Shown here: piece by piece, positions 18,146 through 20,000 of the stretch
Position numbering within the stretch: position 1 is the stretch's first letter
Layout of the letters: every line of letters starts with the position of its first letter
From: an uncultured virus (IMG/VR IMGVR_UViG_3300025853_000059)
Taxonomy: Duplodnaviria > Heunggongvirae > Uroviricota > Caudoviricetes
IMG/VR virus record: IMGVR_UViG_3300025853_000059
Length of the DNA: 20,000 bases
Reading direction: 5' to 3' (one strand)
The notes under the pieces: generated by a model
Database searches by the model: none
Seen by the model: only the letters and a program-made list of their open reading frames with translations
What the model was told of the DNA's origin: nothing
Translations under genes and position numbers: made by a program

Positions 18146-18169
18146 TTGGAGTATACTAAGCTAGACTTA

Positions 18170-18364
18170 TTAATCCAAGTTACTCTCTGAAGTAAATGAG
18201 CTGGTTACTTTGTGGTGGGCATACTCCCACATTTCTTTTGCAGATTTATTTTTATGCTTTTCTTGATTAAGCATCTTTTGGACTTGAGCGTCGAATTGGG
18301 GTTTTAAACCTTTTTGATCTATATCTTCATAGATTTCATAGAAAGCATCTTCGTAATGACCCAT
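18170..18364 (-). CDS. Hypothetical protein
   Basis: 64-aa ORF with co-directional packing and an A-rich start context. Confidence 0.65.
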   Translation of the reverse strand: MGHYEDAFYEIYEDIDQKGLKPQFDAQVQKMLNQEKHKNKSAKEMWEYAHHKVTSSFTSESNLD

Positions 18365-18419
18365 TTTACAAAAATATTTTTTAAAGTTAACAAAAGCGTC
18401 TTTGACGGATTATACATAC

Positions 18420-18824
18420 TTAGTAGGAGAGACCTAAATCAGAATCAAACTCCTTCTTTTTAATTTTATTTAACATTATCGCGAATTCATCTGAATTCTG
18501 CCAACTGGTTAAGTAATCGCGAATATTACCTTCAGTATTTTTTTGGCGTTCATCTATCATACGAACTACATTTTCAATTTCACGTTGGAAATTATCTTGA
18601 AGTTTATCGTGTCGACTATCTACATATCTGTAGAGTTTATTCATCTCATCGTAGAGATTGTTGTTTAATTGATCAGCATAATCGATTGTTTCCCAATCTT
18701 GCTTTTTGAGGTTTTCTAATTCTTTCTTAAGAACTTTAATCGCCATGTAATTCACAGACGTACCCACGATCATCATAATAACAACAACCGCACATACACC
18801 TAAAATAAATGATGTTAATTCCAT
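18420..18824 (-). CDS. Membrane-anchored coiled-coil protein
   Basis: 134 aa with an N-terminal TM helix FILGVCAVVVIMMIVG followed by a charged helical region. Confidence 0.75.
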   Translation of the reverse strand: MELTSFILGVCAVVVIMMIVGTSVNYMAIKVLKKELENLKKQDWETIDYADQLNNNLYDEMNKLYRYVDSRHDKLQDNFQREIENVVRMIDERQKNTEGNIRDYLTSWQNSDEFAIMLNKIKKKEFDSDLGLSY

Positions 18825-18879
18825 AATTTTTTAATTTTTAATGTGCCAAAGAACACTTTTGTAACTTGTAATAGAATAT

Positions 18880-18914
18880 AAAAAGAAAAAGGGACATAGC
18901 CACGCTATCTCCCT
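18880..18914 (-). terminator. Intrinsic terminator closing the tRNA cassette
   Basis: Minus strand AGGGAGATAGC-GTG-GCTATGTCCCT (one G/G mismatch) followed by TTTTCTTTTT, about 20 nt after tRNA-Thr. Confidence 0.75.
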
Positions 18915-18935
18915 AGTTTTCCTTACCTACTCTAG

Positions 18936-19008
18936 AGCCACAAGACGGACTCGAACCGCCGACCATCTGATTACAAATCAGAAGCTCTACCAACTGAGCT
19001 ATTGTGGC
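18936..19008 (-). tRNA. trnT: tRNA-Thr(UGU)
   Basis: GCCACAA TA GCTC AGTTGGTA GAGC T TCTGA TT-TGT-AA TCAGA TGGTC GGCGG TTCGAGT CCGTC TTGTGGC T. 73 nt, no encoded CCA. Confidence 0.97.
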
Positions 19009-19012
19009 ATTT

Positions 19013-19085
19013 AGACTCAATCACCTCACTATCTGCAGGTGCATGAGGTTGAGGAGCTAATTGCATACACAACCTAATTGAGTCC
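19013..19085 (-). ncRNA. Unassigned structured RNA candidate A (73 nt)
   Basis: Terminal stem GGACTCAATT/GATTGAGTCT with internal stems. It fills the Ser-Thr spacer. Confidence 0.55.
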
Positions 19086-19088
19086 GTG

Positions 19089-19173
19089 CGGAAGATGTAG
19101 GATTCGAACCTACGGTACCTTGCGGTACAACAGTTTTCAAGACTGCCGCATTCGACCACTCTGCCAATCTTCC
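19089..19173 (-). tRNA. trnS: tRNA-Ser(UGA)
   Basis: GGAAGAT...GCAGT CT-TGA-AA ACTGT, long variable arm GTACC-GCAA-GGTAC, GTAGG TTCGAAT CCTAC ATCTTCC G. 85 nt, no CCA. Confidence 0.97.
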
Positions 19174-19179
19174 AATATT

Positions 19180-19250
19180 GTAGGATATCGCTTAACCTAC
19201 GAAAGCTGGCCACACTTTCTTCAGAATCTAGCGGACTAGATTGCTACGAT
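19180..19250 (-). ncRNA. Unassigned structured RNA candidate B (~71 nt)
   Basis: Three consecutive hairpins: AATCTAG/CTAGATT, GAAAGT/GCTTTC and GTAGG/CCTAC. It fills the Arg-Ser spacer. Confidence 0.55.
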
Positions 19251-19257
19251 TTTTTTG

Positions 19258-19331
19258 TGAACCCGGAAGGATTCGAACCTTCGACCGTCAGCTTAGAAGG
19301 CTGATGCTCTATCCAGCTGAGCTACGAGTCC
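19258..19331 (-). tRNA. trnR: tRNA-Arg(UCU)
   Basis: GGACTCG TA GCTC AGCTGGATA GAGC A TCAGC CT-TCT-AA GCTGA CGGTC GAAGG TTCGAAT CCTTC CGGGTTC A. 74 nt, no CCA. Confidence 0.97.
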
Positions 19332-19336
19332 ATAAT

Positions 19337-19432
19337 AAGGGGCTTCACCTCTTTAGCGCGCTTCCAGCGTCAAGGTCCCAACCTAAGCAGCCCGTCGACT
19401 GTAACCTTAGGATTTTACGTTTTTCTCCCCTT
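19337..19432 (-). ncRNA. Unassigned structured RNA candidate C (~96 nt, three-way junction)
   Basis: Closing stem AAGGGG/CCCCTT, arm CCTAAG..CAGTC-GACG-GGCTG CTTAGG, and arm ACCTT..CGCT-GGA-AGCG..GAGGT. Confidence 0.6.
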
Positions 19433-19454
19433 TTGTATTTTAAAGAACGTTTTG

Positions 19455-19540
19455 TACTACTGGCCGGGATCGAACCGGCACGGACATTACTGCCCAAGGG
19501 ATTTTAAGTCCCTCGTGTCTACCTATTCCACCACAGTAGC
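19455..19540 (-). tRNA. trnL: tRNA-Leu(UAA)
   Basis: GCTACTG TG GTGGAATAGGTAGACAC G AGGGA CT-TAA-AA TCCCT, variable arm GGGCA-GTAA-TGTCC, GCCGG TTCGATC CCGGC CAGTAGT A. 86 nt, no CCA. Confidence 0.97.
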
Positions 19541-19551
19541 TCGGTTAGGTG

Positions 19552-19746
19552 TTATTCACCTAGTTGTTGAATTCGATCTTCAAGAAGATGAATTTCGTTT
19601 TTAAGAGCATTATATTCATCAACCACATCTAATTTTTTAGGATTTTCTGGATGGTATTGCCATAGGTCTTCTAGGCGATTGGTGTAGAAAATAACATCAT
19701 TAATTAGATTTGCTTTTAGATTTTGTTTTTCTTCGTAGTGTGTCAT
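19552..19746 (-). CDS. Hypothetical protein
   Basis: The ORF track gives 19552..19764. The likely start is ATG 19746 (MTHYEEK), whose context AATAAAGTT-ATG matches that of the HD gene (ATAAAAGTT-ATG). Confidence 0.7.
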   Translation of the reverse strand: MTHYEEKQNLKANLINDVIFYTNRLEDLWQYHPENPKKLDVVDEYNALKNEIHLLEDRIQQLGE

Positions 19747-19760
19747 AACTTTATTTTTAT

Positions 19761-19792
19761 TCAATATACAAAATAACTTTTAAATATCCCAA
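19761..19792 (-). promoter_or_regulatory. Possible host-type promoter feeding the tRNA cassette
   Basis: TTG-N21-TATATTGA, an imperfect match to the Bacteroidota consensus. Confidence 0.35.
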
Positions 19793-19950
19793 TCGTAAGC
19801 CGCAATCTGCAAACAAACCAATGGAGATCCTTTTGGGTGTTCTTTCATCTCTAGCAATGCAGTAGCAATAACCTCAGCTGCTAAACCTGATTCTTCAATG
19901 CGATCTACCAATTCGCAAAATTCTGGGGTAAGTGTTTTTCCTAAATCCAT
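19780..19950 (-). CDS. Hypothetical protein
   Basis: The ORF track gives 19780..19974. The likely start is ATG 19950 (MDLGKTLTPEF), 1 nt after the stop of an upstream frame. Confidence 0.6.
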   Translation of the reverse strand: MDLGKTLTPEFCELVDRIEESGLAAEVIATALLEMKEHPKGSPLVCLQIAAYDWDI

Positions 19951-19951
19951 A

Positions 19952-20000
19952 TTACAAATTATCTCGAACGGCATTACCTAACAACATTTGAGAAGTTTGA
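19952..20000 (-). CDS. 3' end of an upstream gene (partial)
   Basis: Open frame from the window edge, QTSQMLLGNAVRDNL-TAA, ending 1 nt before ATG 19950. Confidence 0.4.
   Translation of the reverse strand, partial: QTSQMLLGNAVRDNL

Noticed and set aside
18971..19213. 80-aa minus-strand ORF
   Set aside because: It overlaps tRNA-Ser, tRNA-Thr and the structured spacers, so it is a chance frame in GC-richer RNA genes.
19196..19250. Canonical hammerhead ribozyme
   Set aside because: CUGAAGA lies between two hairpins, but the obligatory GAAA and NUH cleavage triplet are missing.
19369..19393. SRP RNA domain IV resemblance on the plus strand (GTCAAGGTCC...AAGCAGCC)
   Set aside because: The GNRA-capped CC/GG hairpin is missing, and G-U pairs show that the minus strand is the folding strand.
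19009..19454. HDV-like theta ribozymes at tRNA 3' ends
   Set aside because: This is the expected context, but I could not build the P1-P2-P3-L3-P1-GG-P4-J4/2-P2 nested double pseudoknot after any tRNA by eye. An RNArobo/Infernal search would settle it.
19241..19507. 88-aa plus-strand ORF
   Set aside because: It is antisense to tRNA-Arg and tRNA-Leu, a typical tRNA shadow ORF (starts with TTG).
1..20000. Stop-codon reassignment
   Set aside because: Genes are long and tightly packed under the standard code, TAG (8395) and TGA (16575) both act as stops, and no suppressor tRNA is present.
1..20000. CRISPR array, intron/intein, DGR or IS element
   Set aside because: I saw no regularly spaced direct repeats, interrupted genes, reverse transcriptase, homing endonuclease or transposase motifs.

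Overview
AT-rich segment of a large T4-like (contractile-tailed) bacteriophage genome, with all real genes on the minus strand. The host is probably Bacteroidota, inferred from TTG-N19-21-TAnnTT(T)G-type promoters and A-rich, Shine-Dalgarno-less start regions. In transcription order (right to left) the window holds: small hypothetical genes; a non-coding cassette of four tRNAs (Leu-UAA, Arg-UCU, Ser-UGA, Thr-UGU) interleaved with three GC-rich structured RNA elements that I cannot assign to a known family, ending in an intrinsic terminator; small accessory genes including a UVR-motif protein; a YhaM-like HD hydrolase; a gp55-like late sigma factor; and a baseplate/structural module (gp5-like spike, gp25, gp6, a 2298-aa gp7-like protein and other Ser/Gly/Thr-rich virion proteins). 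The most notable observations are the tRNA-punctuated ncRNA candidates and a recurring ATAT(T/G)TATA putative late promoter, which twice sits inside a perfect 10-bp hairpin abutting a start codon. Protein assignments come from motif recognition and gene order, not from database searches.
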